From: Candidatus Spongiisociaceae bacterium
Lineage (GTDB): Bacteria; Actinomycetota; Acidimicrobiia; Spongiisociales; Spongiisociaceae
Reading direction: 5' to 3'
Length of the DNA stretch: 64,000 nucleotides
NCBI GenBank assembly: GCA_965219685.1
Contig: CBDCOH010000002.1
Coordinates: forward strand, 2,816,001-2,880,000
The translations under genes and the position numbers were made by a program. The notes below the pieces were generated by a model. That model was not told the DNA's origin, searched no databases, and worked only from the letters and a program-made list of their open reading frames with translations. Every line of letters begins with the position of its first letter. Positions within the stretch are counted from its first letter, which is position 1. Shown one piece after another: positions 39,025 to 48,896 of the stretch.

Positions 39025-41093
39025 TAGACCAACGTCTCCAGGATCGCCGACACGATTCGCCGGGGTGTGATGATGGCATGGTGCTCCACCCCGAACTGGG
39101 GCCATGGTGCGTCGAACCCGGCCACCCGCAGGATGGGCGCCTCAAGGTCGTAGAGGGCCTCCTCCGCCACGGTGGCGGCGACCTCGGCCGCCATTCCCGC
39201 CGTCTTCGGGGGCTCCTGCACCAGGACCAGGCGACCGGTCTTCGCCACCGATTCCAGCACGGCCTCGCGATCCCACGGCTTGAGCGTTCTCAGGTCGATG
39301 ACCTCGCAGTCCACCCCTTCGGCGGCCAGATCCTCCGCCGCCGACAGAGCCACCCTCACCATGCCCCCGTAGGTGACCACGGTCACGTCCGGACCGGGCC
39401 TCCGGATCCGGGCCCGGCCGATCGGGAGACTGTAGTAGCCGGTGGGTACATCCTCCCGGCCAGCCCGGTACAGGACCTTGGGCTCGAGGAACAGGACCGG
39501 GTCGGGACTCTCCGCGGCCGCGGTGAGAAGGCCCTTGGCATCGACCGCGGTGGAGGGAATCACCACGGTTAGGCCTGGGGTGTGGACGAAGTAGGCCTCC
39601 GGGCTGTCGGCGTGGAACTCGTGGGGGGCGATCCCCCCGCCGTTGGGCCAGCGAACCACGATCGGCAGCGAGACGTTGCTCCGGGTGCGGAAGCGGAAAC
39701 GGGCCATATGGCTGACGATCTGGTCGAAGGCGGGGTAGACGAACCCGTCGAACTGGATCTCCACCAGCGGCAGGGCGCCGCCGATCGCCATGCCCACCGC
39801 GGTGCCGGCGATACCGGTCTCGCAGAGAGGCGTGTCGATCACCCGGTCGGCCCCGTACCGGTCCAGGAGGCCTTCGGTGATGCGGAACACGCCTCCGGTC
39901 TTGCCCACGTCCTCCCCCATCACCACTGCGTTCCCGTACCGGTCCATGACCTCGCGGAGCGCCGCGTTGAGCGCCTCGGCCATTGTCCAGCGGCTTGTAG
40001 GCCCCTGGAGAGGCGGGTCGTAGCCGATGCGCCACAACTCGTCCGGCACCACCGCGGACGGCCTGCCACCCTCCCTCTTCATCGCAGTGCCGAACTGGCG
40101 GGCGAGATCACGGGGGATCCGAGCGTAGATGTGGCGGACGGCCTCCTCCCGGGGCGGTTCTTGACGGGTCTCGATATCCGCCAGCGCCTCGTCGAACTTG
40201 GCCGCCTCGGCCTTCACCTGGTCTTCGATCTCGTCCGACCACAGCCCCTCGCCTACCAGGAAGCGCTTGAACCGGACCAGCGGATCCCGGTCCCTCCAAG
40301 CGCTGACCTCCTCGTCGTCGCGGTACAGGCTCGGATTGTCGGCGGTGGCGTGGGGGCCGTACCGGTAGGTGACAGCTTCGATCAAGGTGGGGCCGCCGCC
40401 GTTGCGCGCCCGCTCGACCGCCGCCCTGGTAGCCGTATACACCGCCAGCACGTCCATCCCGTCCACCTGCACGCCCGGCATGCCGTACCCGACCGCCTTG
40501 TCGGCCAGCGCAGCCGCCGCGGTCTGGTTCCGGACCGGCATCGAGATGGCCCACCCGTTGTTGGAGCACAGGAACACGGTGGGGGTCTTCCAGAGACCTG
40601 CGAAGTTCATGGCGGAGTGGAAATCGCTCTCGGAAGTGGCGCCGTCCCCGAAGTAGACCACCGTGATCAGGTTCTCGCCGGCCAGCCGGGCCGCCTGGGC
40701 ATGGCCGACCGCGTGGGGCAACTGGGTGGCGATCGGGATCGTGTGGATGTTCATCCGATAGCGATGCACATCCCAGTCCCGGTTGGGCAGACCGCGGAAA
40801 TAGGCGAGCATCACCGAAGGGGGCATCCCCCTCGCAAGCTGGAGGGCGTGCTCCCGGTAGCTGGGGTAGATCCAGTCCTCCGGTCCGATGGCGTAGGCGG
40901 AACCGATCTGGGTTGCCTCCTGGCCCTCCCCGGGCGGGAACGTCCCGAGACGGCCCTGGCGCTGCAGGTTCATCGCCCGACGGTCGAACTGGCGGCCCAA
41001 CGCCATCAACCGGTACATCTCCACGAGGTCCTTGTCGTCCAGGTCCGGCACCTCCCCGACGAGGCGACCGGATGGATCGAGGATCTGCAACAC
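39024..41093 (-). CDS. 2-oxoacid dehydrogenase E1, alpha and beta subunits fused
   Basis: Alpha: GQEA, GDGATSESDFH, NNGWAIS, YRYGPHAT; beta: GEDVG..GGVFR, DTPL, EIQFDGF, IDLRTL; one 689 aa ORF. Confidence 0.92.
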   Translation of the reverse strand: MLQILDPSGRLVGEVPDLDDKDLVEMYRLMALGRQFDRRAMNLQRQGRLGTFPPGEGQEATQIGSAYAIGPEDWIYPSYREHALQLARGMPPSVMLAYFRGLPNRDWDVHRYRMNIHTIPIATQLPHAVGHAQAARLAGENLITVVYFGDGATSESDFHSAMNFAGLWKTPTVFLCSNNGWAISMPVRNQTAAAALADKAVGYGMPGVQVDGMDVLAVYTATRAAVERARNGGGPTLIEAVTYRYGPHATADNPSLYRDDEEVSAWRDRDPLVRFKRFLVGEGLWSDEIEDQVKAEAAKFDEALADIETRQEPPREEAVRHIYARIPRDLARQFGTAMKREGGRPSAVVPDELWRIGYDPPLQGPTSRWTMAEALNAALREVMDRYGNAVVMGEDVGKTGGVFRITEGLLDRYGADRVIDTPLCETGIAGTAVGMAIGGALPLVEIQFDGFVYPAFDQIVSHMARFRFRTRSNVSLPIVVRWPNGGGIAPHEFHADSPEAYFVHTPGLTVVIPSTAVDAKGLLTAAAESPDPVLFLEPKVLYRAGREDVPTGYYSLPIGRARIRRPGPDVTVVTYGGMVRVALSAAEDLAAEGVDCEVIDLRTLKPWDREAVLESVAKTGRLVLVQEPPKTAGMAAEVAATVAEEALYDLEAPILRVAGFDAPWPQFGVEHHAIITPRRIVSAILETLV

Positions 41094-41269
41094 CTACACG
41101 CCCTCCCGACGATCCGAACAAGCCTGCGAAACGACATTGTAAGACCCCGCAGCCGGTCCTGTCAGACCGGGGCCGCACCCTCCTGAATCCCTCCCGAGGG
41201 TCGCATGCACCCACCGGCCCCCGTGGGGACGGGGACGGAATGCCGGTCGCGGCGGACTGTTAACGTGAG

Positions 41270-42358
41270 TTGATGGCCCGCATCCGCCCGGAGATCGACT
41301 CGCTGACGCCGTACGAAGGGGGGGCGACCACCGACGAGATAGCCCGCCGGTACGGCGTCGAGGACATCGTGAAGCTGGGCGCGAACGAGAACCCGCTGCC
41401 GCCCTTCCCCGAAGTCCAGGAGGCCTTGGTCGCTGCGGCCGCGGGTATCAACAGGTATCCCGACCAGGGCGTGGTGGGACTCGCCGAAAGTCTGGCCGAG
41501 ACGATCGGCGTGGCCCCCGACCACCTCTGGTTCGGGGCGGGAAGCGCCGAACTGCTGACCACCACCGCCCGCGCCCTGGGCGGGCGCGCGCGCAGTTGCG
41601 TCTACCCGTGGCCTTCCTTCGCCATGTACCCGATCAACTCGACGCTGGCCAACGCCGAGAGCATCACGGTACCACTCGACCAGAGCCATGCCGTCGACCT
41701 CGACGCAGTTCTGGGGGCCATCAGGGACGACACCACCCTCGTGTACCTGTGCAACCCCAACAACCCGACCGGCACCTACCTTCCCCGGTCCGAGATCCGC
41801 GCCTTCGTCGACCGGGTCCCTGACGGCACGCTCGTCGTGGTGGACGAGGCCTACGGCGAGTACGTGGCGGCCGAGGACCGGCCGAGCGCCATACCGCTGG
41901 CAGTCGAGCGGCCCAACGTCACGGTCGCGCGCACTTTCTCGAAGATCTACGGGTTGGCGGGACTGAGGATCGGTTACATGGTGGGCCGCCCCGAGACCCT
42001 GCGCTCGCTGCGGAAGGCACAGATCCCGTACGTGGTCAACTCCCTCGCCCAGGTCGCGGCGACGACCGCCCTACGCTTCCCCGAACGGCTGGAGGAACGG
42101 TTCGACATGAACCGAAAGGGTGTCGAATACGTCGAGTCAGCCTTCGGGGAGCGCGGTATCGAGTTCGCCCCCACGCAGGCCAACTACGTCTGGACACGCC
42201 TCGGACCCAGGACCAGGTCCATCATCCAGGCTCTCCTCGAGCGGGGCACGATCATCCGCCCGGTATCGGACCAATGGACCCGGGTCAGCATCGGCGCGCC
42301 CCGGGAGAACCGCCGGTTCATGGCCGACCTCGACGCGGTGCTCGCAGCCTCCCGCTAG
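41270..42358 (+). CDS. Histidinol-phosphate / aromatic aminotransferase (HisC/Pat family)
   Basis: KLGANENP, CNPNNPTG, DEAYGEY, RTFSKIYGLAGLRIGY. Confidence 0.92.
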   Translation: MMARIRPEIDSLTPYEGGATTDEIARRYGVEDIVKLGANENPLPPFPEVQEALVAAAAGINRYPDQGVVGLAESLAETIGVAPDHLWFGAGSAELLTTTARALGGRARSCVYPWPSFAMYPINSTLANAESITVPLDQSHAVDLDAVLGAIRDDTTLVYLCNPNNPTGTYLPRSEIRAFVDRVPDGTLVVVDEAYGEYVAAEDRPSAIPLAVERPNVTVARTFSKIYGLAGLRIGYMVGRPETLRSLRKAQIPYVVNSLAQVAATTALRFPERLEERFDMNRKGVEYVESAFGERGIEFAPTQANYVWTRLGPRTRSIIQALLERGTIIRPVSDQWTRVSIGAPRENRRFMADLDAVLAASR

Positions 42359-42376
42359 CCGCGGCGGGCCAGAGGC

Positions 42377-42937
42377 TCAGCTATCCAGCCAGGCTGCCGA
42401 CTGGTCCAGCAGCCACGTGCTCACCCCGTGGGCACACTCGAGCACGTCGCAGGTCTTGAGTTCCCGCATGAATATCTTCTGCAGTGGCAGGTCGATCCGG
42501 CACACCAGTGACAGGCTCCGCGTGGCCGGGTCGGTGACCGACATGTAGGTGTCGGTGGCCGATACCTCCACGGGAAGGGTCATGCCGGACACACCGGCCA
42601 ACTCGGTGGCGAGGATCAACAGATCGGGCGGCTTGGGCAAGGGTGGCAGCGCCCATTTGAAGAACATGGGCAGTTGCAGTCGTTCGTCCTGCTCCTCGTC
42701 GAATTCGTGGTGGCCGGCCACCAGATCCTCGAAGGCCAGGATCACCCTGGGATCCACTTCCAGCACCATGAGCATCTCGAGCGGTCCCTCGCAGGCCTCC
42801 TCGGGATGCAGGTCCACCTCCCAGGCCTGGCCGAGGGAGTAGGACTCGATGAAGTGGCGCTCGGCGTGCACGTGGAATCCATGCTCCACGGCGTGGGCCT
42901 TCATATCGGTTATGAACCCCGCGAGGTCGACACCCAT
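42377..42937 (-). CDS. Hypothetical protein
   Basis: 186 aa ORF with genome-typical codon usage; no recognised family. Confidence 0.75.
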   Translation of the reverse strand: MGVDLAGFITDMKAHAVEHGFHVHAERHFIESYSLGQAWEVDLHPEEACEGPLEMLMVLEVDPRVILAFEDLVAGHHEFDEEQDERLQLPMFFKWALPPLPKPPDLLILATELAGVSGMTLPVEVSATDTYMSVTDPATRSLSLVCRIDLPLQKIFMRELKTCDVLECAHGVSTWLLDQSAAWLDS

Positions 42938-43017
42938 GTGAACCTAGGAGCGTCCGGAAGCCCGGACAGGACCGGAGTCCACGCCGGATCGTCGGAGAAG
43001 GCGGGAAGCGGAGCGCA

Positions 43018-44079
43018 TCAAACCCGTACCTCGTAGTACAGATGCATCGGATCGTCCTTCAGGCCGAACTCGCGGAAGGAGCCGAATCCGGCATCGCGGG
43101 CGATCCGTTCGGCGACCACCGGAGGCAATCCCAGCGTCCCCAGAGCAGCGCCCCCCTCGGCCGAAGCCCCCGACAGGAGGCAGGCCGACACGCTGTAACC
43201 GTACTGCATGGCCAGCATCGGGTTCTTCAGGTTCTTCTCCCAGACCTCGGAGCACTTCATGTCCTTGATCAACCAGGTGCCGTCCCGCTTGATAGCCCTC
43301 CGGATGTTGGCGGCGATCCGATCCGGGAAGGGAACGTCGTGCATGCAGTCCAATGTCAGGACCAGGTCGAACCCGGCATCGGCGGGAAGCTCCTCGCCGC
43401 CCGCGTGCACCAGCGTGGCGTTGTCCACGTCGGCCAGCCGCCGCCGGCCGTGGGCAACAGCGTGTCCGGAAGGCTCGAAGCCGACGAAGTTACTGGCGGG
43501 GAAACGGCGAGCCATCGCCCGGACCGAGATGCCTCCCCCACAACCGATGTCCGCCACTACGGCTCCGGCCTGGAGTTTGTCGACGACGCCGTGAAGTTGG
43601 GGAAGCACCCTGTCAAGCAGGTACGTACTCACCCAGGCATTGTTCATCCGGTCGATCTGGCGAGCCACCGTGTCTCCCATGTCGTGGTAGGTCACACCCA
43701 TTCCGGTGCGGAACGACTCCAGGATGCCATCCACCTGGTCGGGTGGGAACCCCCCTATGAACGCCCCGGCCGCGAACGAGACGGTGCTGTCGTCGACGAG
43801 AACCCGCTCCCCCTCCGGATCGAGCGAGTAGGTCCCCTCGGGGCTGCGGGTGAGGAGGCCGGCCGCTGCCTGTCCCATCAACCACTCCCTGACCATGCGT
43901 TCGGCCAGGCCCGTGGTGGCCGCCAGTTGCTCCGGCGTGAAAGCTGCGCCGCCGGCCATGGCCTGGTACAGGCCAAGACGGTCCCCCAGGTGGACCATGA
44001 GGCTCACCACTTCGCCCTGCTTGTACTTCCAGACCTTGAATACGTAGGCCTTGAGGAGTTCCGGATCGACTTTTCGCAT
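43018..44079 (-). CDS. Class I SAM-dependent methyltransferase with N-terminal HTH
   Basis: GDRLGLY, VREWL, VADIGCGGG, DCMHD. Confidence 0.9.
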   Translation of the reverse strand: MRKVDPELLKAYVFKVWKYKQGEVVSLMVHLGDRLGLYQAMAGGAAFTPEQLAATTGLAERMVREWLMGQAAAGLLTRSPEGTYSLDPEGERVLVDDSTVSFAAGAFIGGFPPDQVDGILESFRTGMGVTYHDMGDTVARQIDRMNNAWVSTYLLDRVLPQLHGVVDKLQAGAVVADIGCGGGISVRAMARRFPASNFVGFEPSGHAVAHGRRRLADVDNATLVHAGGEELPADAGFDLVLTLDCMHDVPFPDRIAANIRRAIKRDGTWLIKDMKCSEVWEKNLKNPMLAMQYGYSVSACLLSGASAEGGAALGTLGLPPVVAERIARDAGFGSFREFGLKDDPMHLYYEVRV

Positions 44080-44172
44080 GGGCGTAACACTAGTGGTCCG
44101 CCGCCATCCCGAATCGCACCGGGTGATGCCGACACCCCTCGAATAGGACCCCGTCGACGCAGGCCGGCCCAT

Positions 44173-44206
44173 CAATCACCAATCACCACTCACCACTCAC
44201 CACTCA
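44173..44206. repeat. Short heptamer repeat of the same family as 30049-30328
   Basis: CAATCAC CAATCAC CACTCAC CACTCAC CACTCA. Confidence 0.8.
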
Positions 44207-44297
44207 TGCCGGGCCCATCGCTCGACGGGCCCGAGCATCTTCCGCAGACGCCTTGCCGGCGGGGACTCCCCGCTGTGAGGCGCCAACCCACCCCCGG

Positions 44298-46118
44298 CTA
44301 CCGGCTGTAACCGCTGCTGTCCGAGCTCGCGGCCGGAACGTGGGCCGTGATGTGGTCCAGCAGGAAGGTGAAGTCGTTGAAGGAGTCCAGCCCGCCGAGT
44401 TCCCTGCCCAATGGACGGAGCCGATCCGTCAACGACCAGAGGTCGCTTCCCACCGACCCCGCGTCCGCCTCGACGTAGGGGAGGCTGGCGTAGCGATCCG
44501 ACGCCAGGGCAACCACCGCGCCGAACTGCAGGAGGGGATCGGCGGCGTCGAACTCGATGTCAGGCCGCTGCCTCATGATGGTGGACTGCCGGTTGGAAAG
44601 ACCGCTCAACGGGGTCACCCACCTGAGGTCCACGTCGGCCAGCTCGACCGTCCGGGCCGGACTCCGCCGGACCCGGTCGCTCAGTTCGAGTTCGTAGAAC
44701 ACCGTGGTCGCCGCCCCGACCGGGATCTCGGCGAACTCCTTGCGGTCATCGAGGAAGGACTCGTCGGACGTGACCCGGTTCTCGTAGCCGATCATCCTCC
44801 ACGACTCCACCACCTGGTCGTTCCAGGTCACTTGGGCCCGGGTCTGGTCGGCGAACGGAACCGAGAGGGCCAGCCAGCTTTCACGGCTGAACGTCGAGCG
44901 CGCCTGGCCGGTGTCGCTCAGGTACCGGTACCAACCGTTGCCGTACTGGGCGAGCTGCTCGAGCAGGTAGTCGTGGTAGTTGGCGATCCCCACGCCGACG
45001 GTGATAAGGCGGAGCGGGTTGCCGCTGTCGGGGTCGTGGGCCGACTCGAGTATGGCGAACGGGTCGGTGGCATCCACGTTCGCCACCCCGTCGGACATCA
45101 GGATGATGTAGTTGTGGGCGTCCGGACGTTGGCGCCTGACCCGGTCGGCCAGCCAGACGCCCTCGTCCAATCCGGCCTGCACGTTGGTGCTGGAGTGGGG
45201 AGCGAGCCGGCTGATCGAGTCCCTGACCGCCCGGTCATCCGGGGACCGGTGCTCGACCGTGAGCCGGTCGATGACATCCTCGGTGAAATGGACAACCGCG
45301 ATGCGGTCCCGGCTCCGCAGGCCCCTCCGGATGCTCTCCGCGGCCTCGCGGGCGATCGCAACCCGGTTGCCTTCCCGCATGGAACCCGACGCGTCGAGCA
45401 CCAAGGTCACGTTCAAGGGCCGGTCGTCGCGGAACTCCGGCGCCTGAAAGCCGATGCGGGCCAGATGCTTGCGGTCGTCCAGCGGATGCCTGACCAGATC
45501 CGTGACGATGGCGAAGCTGTCCAGGTGCTTGGGGTGTTCGTAGCCGTAGTTGAAGGCGTTGATCCACTCCTCGGCCCTCACCGAGTCCGGGTTCACCTCG
45601 TATCCGGAGCGGGCCCAGTTGAGGGCCAGATGGAAGGAGGTCCGGTCGGTGTCGAGGCTGAAGGTCGACGTCCTGTCCCTCGAGGTCGACACGAAGCGCG
45701 ACTGCTGGTAGTCCCTGAACGTGGTAACCGACGGCGGATGCGCCTTCGGCGCCTTGTATGGGGTGGTGGTCGCCGCCACGTCAGCGGCCGGATCTTCCTC
45801 CACGATCATCGGCTCTGCCGCCTCCTCTGCCTCGTAGGCGATCCAGGTAGCCGCGGTAGTGGTCGGCGCGTAGGTCTGCTCGGTCTCGTACCTCGCCGTG
45901 GTCGTCGCAGCAGCCTCATAGGCCGCGGCGGTCGTGGCCGGTGCCGCAGTGGTCCGGGGAGCGCCGGTGGTCGCGGCCGGCTCGTGGTCCTCCTCCCCGC
46001 AGCCGATCAGCCCCAGGACGAGCAGCGCTCCCAAGGCGATGTGAATGAAGGGTCGCCTCGCCCACTCGGAAGCAACCCCCTGCCTGATTCTCGATCCCCC
46101 TGTCCCAGCCCCGTACAT
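44298..46118 (-). CDS. von Willebrand factor A domain lipoprotein (YfbK-like)
   Basis: LIGC lipobox, STFSLDTD, VRAEEWINAF, MIDAS DASGSM, SDGVAN, IGYENR. Confidence 0.9.
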   Translation of the reverse strand: MYGAGTGGSRIRQGVASEWARRPFIHIALGALLVLGLIGCGEEDHEPAATTGAPRTTAAPATTAAAYEAAATTTARYETEQTYAPTTTAATWIAYEAEEAAEPMIVEEDPAADVAATTTPYKAPKAHPPSVTTFRDYQQSRFVSTSRDRTSTFSLDTDRTSFHLALNWARSGYEVNPDSVRAEEWINAFNYGYEHPKHLDSFAIVTDLVRHPLDDRKHLARIGFQAPEFRDDRPLNVTLVLDASGSMREGNRVAIAREAAESIRRGLRSRDRIAVVHFTEDVIDRLTVEHRSPDDRAVRDSISRLAPHSSTNVQAGLDEGVWLADRVRRQRPDAHNYIILMSDGVANVDATDPFAILESAHDPDSGNPLRLITVGVGIANYHDYLLEQLAQYGNGWYRYLSDTGQARSTFSRESWLALSVPFADQTRAQVTWNDQVVESWRMIGYENRVTSDESFLDDRKEFAEIPVGAATTVFYELELSDRVRRSPARTVELADVDLRWVTPLSGLSNRQSTIMRQRPDIEFDAADPLLQFGAVVALASDRYASLPYVEADAGSVGSDLWSLTDRLRPLGRELGGLDSFNDFTFLLDHITAHVPAASSDSSGYSR

Positions 46119-46469
46119 AGTCAACCTCCCCTCGAACGTCTCATTGCCCGAGCGGTCATCAACCGCTCTTTCCGCATAGACGCTCGGAAAACCCGACCCG
46201 GTTCCCACCATCCCGGAGTTTTCTCCGAGGCGGACTCGGCGGGGGACGCCAAGTGGTCGGTCACGATCAGGCCGCGAAGCGGGCTCGAACACGATGCCGG
46301 CCGCGGCAGACAGACGCCGCCGACCGACCCCCACTGCCTGACGTGGCTCCCCCCGTCGCCCACCCGATCAGCTTTCGCCCGACGCCGGGGCCGGAATCTC
46401 CGACCGACCCTGTCGCGCGGACATCGACATCTCGAGGCATCGAGCAAGAGGGTGTCGGGCCCGCTCCGG

Positions 46470-47753
46470 TCAAGGGGGCAGGCCATCCCGTGGCCGGGCA
46501 TCATATCCGTCAGCGGTCCGCCGGACCACGAGGCTCTCGGTTTCGAGCCAGCCGTGATGCTTGCGGCAGACGGCGACCAGGTTGTCCACATCGGTCCGGC
46601 CGCCGTCGCGATGCCATTCCCGGATGTGATGGAGTTCGCACCTGTGCATCGGGGCGCCGCACTCGAAGCAGCCGCCGTCACGGACAGCCACAGCCAACCG
46701 CTGGGCAGCGTTGGCGAGTCGTTGCCTGCGGCCCAGCCACAATGGACGACCCGCCCGGTCGAAGACCATCCCGGCCAGTTCGGTATCCGGGGTCAAGGTG
46801 CCGAGGATCTCGCGGGGAACCGGACCCACCCCGATCATCTCGACATGAGCGGCCGGGTCGGTGCCGTCCACCACACCCATCGGAGCTACCAGGATCACCT
46901 GGGTCGATGCCTTCGCCTTCACACCCGAGAACCCGGCGATGAACTCCCCGGTCTGCGAGTCCCGGTTGGTGAGCAGTTCGTAGACCGCGTCCGCCAGACG
47001 TTGCCTGGGGTTGCGAACCTGGTCGGGATCCCGCCCGTCGGCCCCGTCGCGGCGGAGCAATTCCAGGAAATGGCCGTCGACAGCCTGTCGCAGATGTTCG
47101 AACTGGGGCCGTGGGAGCTTGGCCATGAGCACCCCGAGTCCGGTGTCCTTCTCCACCCACAGCTTGGCTTCCCGGGCCCGACGCTGCCGTTCCAAGGGAC
47201 TCACGCCCGCTTCGATCAGCTTGCGCTCTGCCCACTTTCTCGCATGCCGCCCGAACTTGTCCGGCAACAGCCGGTCGGCGGACTCCAGCAGGGAAGCATC
47301 GGCCTCCACCACATCCGGTCCCACCTTCTCCGCCGCATCGGCCAGGGCAGAAGCCTGGTCCAGGGTGATGTCGCCCTCGGCGAACTTCTCCCGCACCTTG
47401 GGCATGTCCGACAGCCGGCGGGCCACCGTCGCCATCCGCTTGGATTCCCGCCGCGGGAGGCGCGCCTTCGTGCGCAGGACCTCGACCGGGTCCGAGCCGG
47501 AGTCCGCTTCCGACACTGTTCGCGTCACGTCGCACATCATCGAGGCCACCCGGGTCTGCATCCGGCCCAACAGGTCGAGTGTCCGGTCCGCTCGGTGGCG
47601 GGGCATCGGACCTATCTCGACGCGTTCCAACTGGCCCAGGAGAACCGCTATCCGGCCATCCACGCCAACACCCGTGCCCGCGCGATCCGGGGAATCGGCG
47701 AGTGTCTCGGCGGTAGCGCGATCGATGTGTACGAACGTATGTTCGTTTCTCAT
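46470..47753 (-). CDS. DUF222 + HNH endonuclease (REP13E12-like)
   Basis: QRLADA, LGRRQRLA, RDGGCFEC..CELHH..W..GGRTDVDNLVAVCRKHH. Confidence 0.9.
   Translation of the reverse strand: MRNEHTFVHIDRATAETLADSPDRAGTGVGVDGRIAVLLGQLERVEIGPMPRHRADRTLDLLGRMQTRVASMMCDVTRTVSEADSGSDPVEVLRTKARLPRRESKRMATVARRLSDMPKVREKFAEGDITLDQASALADAAEKVGPDVVEADASLLESADRLLPDKFGRHARKWAERKLIEAGVSPLERQRRAREAKLWVEKDTGLGVLMAKLPRPQFEHLRQAVDGHFLELLRRDGADGRDPDQVRNPRQRLADAVYELLTNRDSQTGEFIAGFSGVKAKASTQVILVAPMGVVDGTDPAAHVEMIGVGPVPREILGTLTPDTELAGMVFDRAGRPLWLGRRQRLANAAQRLAVAVRDGGCFECGAPMHRCELHHIREWHRDGGRTDVDNLVAVCRKHHGWLETESLVVRRTADGYDARPRDGLPP
47732..47745. promoter_or_regulatory. LexA (SOS) box
   Basis: CGAAC-GTAT-GTTCG is a perfect match to the actinobacterial CGAAC-N4-GTTCG consensus, at the start of the HNH gene. 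Confidence 0.8.
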
Positions 47754-47922
47754 GGTCCCAGTTGTATCATGCCGCTGTGACAGATACAACCCCGAATATC
47801 GAAAAGCGTCTGTCAGTTCACCAAAACGCACCGTGTGGTGATACCGAGGACAAGGGCGACCGACCACTCATGCAGGCCGACGGATCCCCGAAACCGCCGT
47901 CCATTCAAGGGCATCGGAACCC

Positions 47923-48525
47923 CTAGTTCATCCTCGGATCGGCCGGATAGGTGGAGAACCAGGCGTAGCGGCCGCCGGCTCTGCGGAGGACCTCCTCCCA
48001 CAGCTGTTCGGGAGCCGGTGTGAACACATCGTCAGGTAGGGCGTCGACCACGAACCAGCCGTTGGACGACAACTCCGACTCCAACTGCCCCGGACCCCAC
48101 CCGCTGTATCCGGTGAACACCCGCGCTTCGAGCCCCGAGTCGGGCTCCGGTTCGAACTCGAGATCGACGGCCCGGACGCCGAGCACCTCCGGCCAACCCT
48201 CCAACGGCGCCGAACCGGCGCCACGAGCCAGACCGATGCCGCCCCCTTCCCCCACCGGCCCCCCGACGAACACGACCCGTGGATTGACCGCCGCCGACCA
48301 CCACCCGGGGAGATGATCCAGCAGGTCGGCCTTCGTAGGCCGGTTCAGCACCAGCCCCACCGCCCCCTCCTGGCTGTGCTCGACCATCAAGACCACAGTC
48401 CTGGAGAAGTTCGGGTCAAGCATCCCGGGCATCGCCACCAGCAACCGGCCGGCCAGCGACGTGAACTCCTCACCCACGTCAGGGCCCTCCGCTGGCAATC
48501 CCTCCGAACCAGGCATCGTTTCCAT
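47923..48525 (-). CDS. YqgE/AlgH family protein
   Basis: LLVAMP..DPNFSRTVV, GLVLNRP, GGPV, GYSGWGPGQLESEL. Confidence 0.93.
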   Translation of the reverse strand: METMPGSEGLPAEGPDVGEEFTSLAGRLLVAMPGMLDPNFSRTVVLMVEHSQEGAVGLVLNRPTKADLLDHLPGWWSAAVNPRVVFVGGPVGEGGGIGLARGAGSAPLEGWPEVLGVRAVDLEFEPEPDSGLEARVFTGYSGWGPGQLESELSSNGWFVVDALPDDVFTPAPEQLWEEVLRRAGGRYAWFSTYPADPRMN

Positions 48526-48725
48526 CTACCACCCAATGTTGCCACATCCGGATGAAGCAACGTCCTGAACACGCATGGATACTGGGCTCCGTCAACGAGG
48601 TGCCAAGCTCATGGTGCTCGGCGGATCCTGCCCCTCTCCCCCACGAAGTCTGGTTCCGTTGAGTCCCTCGCATCGGACGAATTCCTCCGGACGACCTACT
48701 TGAACAGCCGCCAGTCAGGGGGAGG

Positions 48726-48896
48726 TCAGGTGACCTCGCTGGTGCCTATGCCTAGATGACCCTCGATCCGGGCAACCCGCTGTTCCAACTGCCCTAGACG
48801 TTCACCAACCTTGTCGCGTCGACTCATCACCACGGTGAACAAGTTGAGAGCAACAACCACTACCCACCCGACGGCGGTAATCGCTACCGTGTCCAT
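48726..48896 (-). CDS. Small membrane protein (56 aa, TM + coiled coil), below ORF-track cutoff
   Basis: MDTVAITAVGWVVVVALNLFTVVMSRRDKVGERLGQLEQRVARIEGHLGIGTSEVT; GAGAGGGG RBS upstream. Confidence 0.65.
   Translation of the reverse strand: MDTVAITAVGWVVVVALNLFTVVMSRRDKVGERLGQLEQRVARIEGHLGIGTSEVT

Noticed and set aside
44253-47780. 1175-aa plus-strand ORF
   Set aside because: Antisense shadow of the VWA and HNH genes; typical stop-poor opposite frame in high-GC DNA, with no motifs
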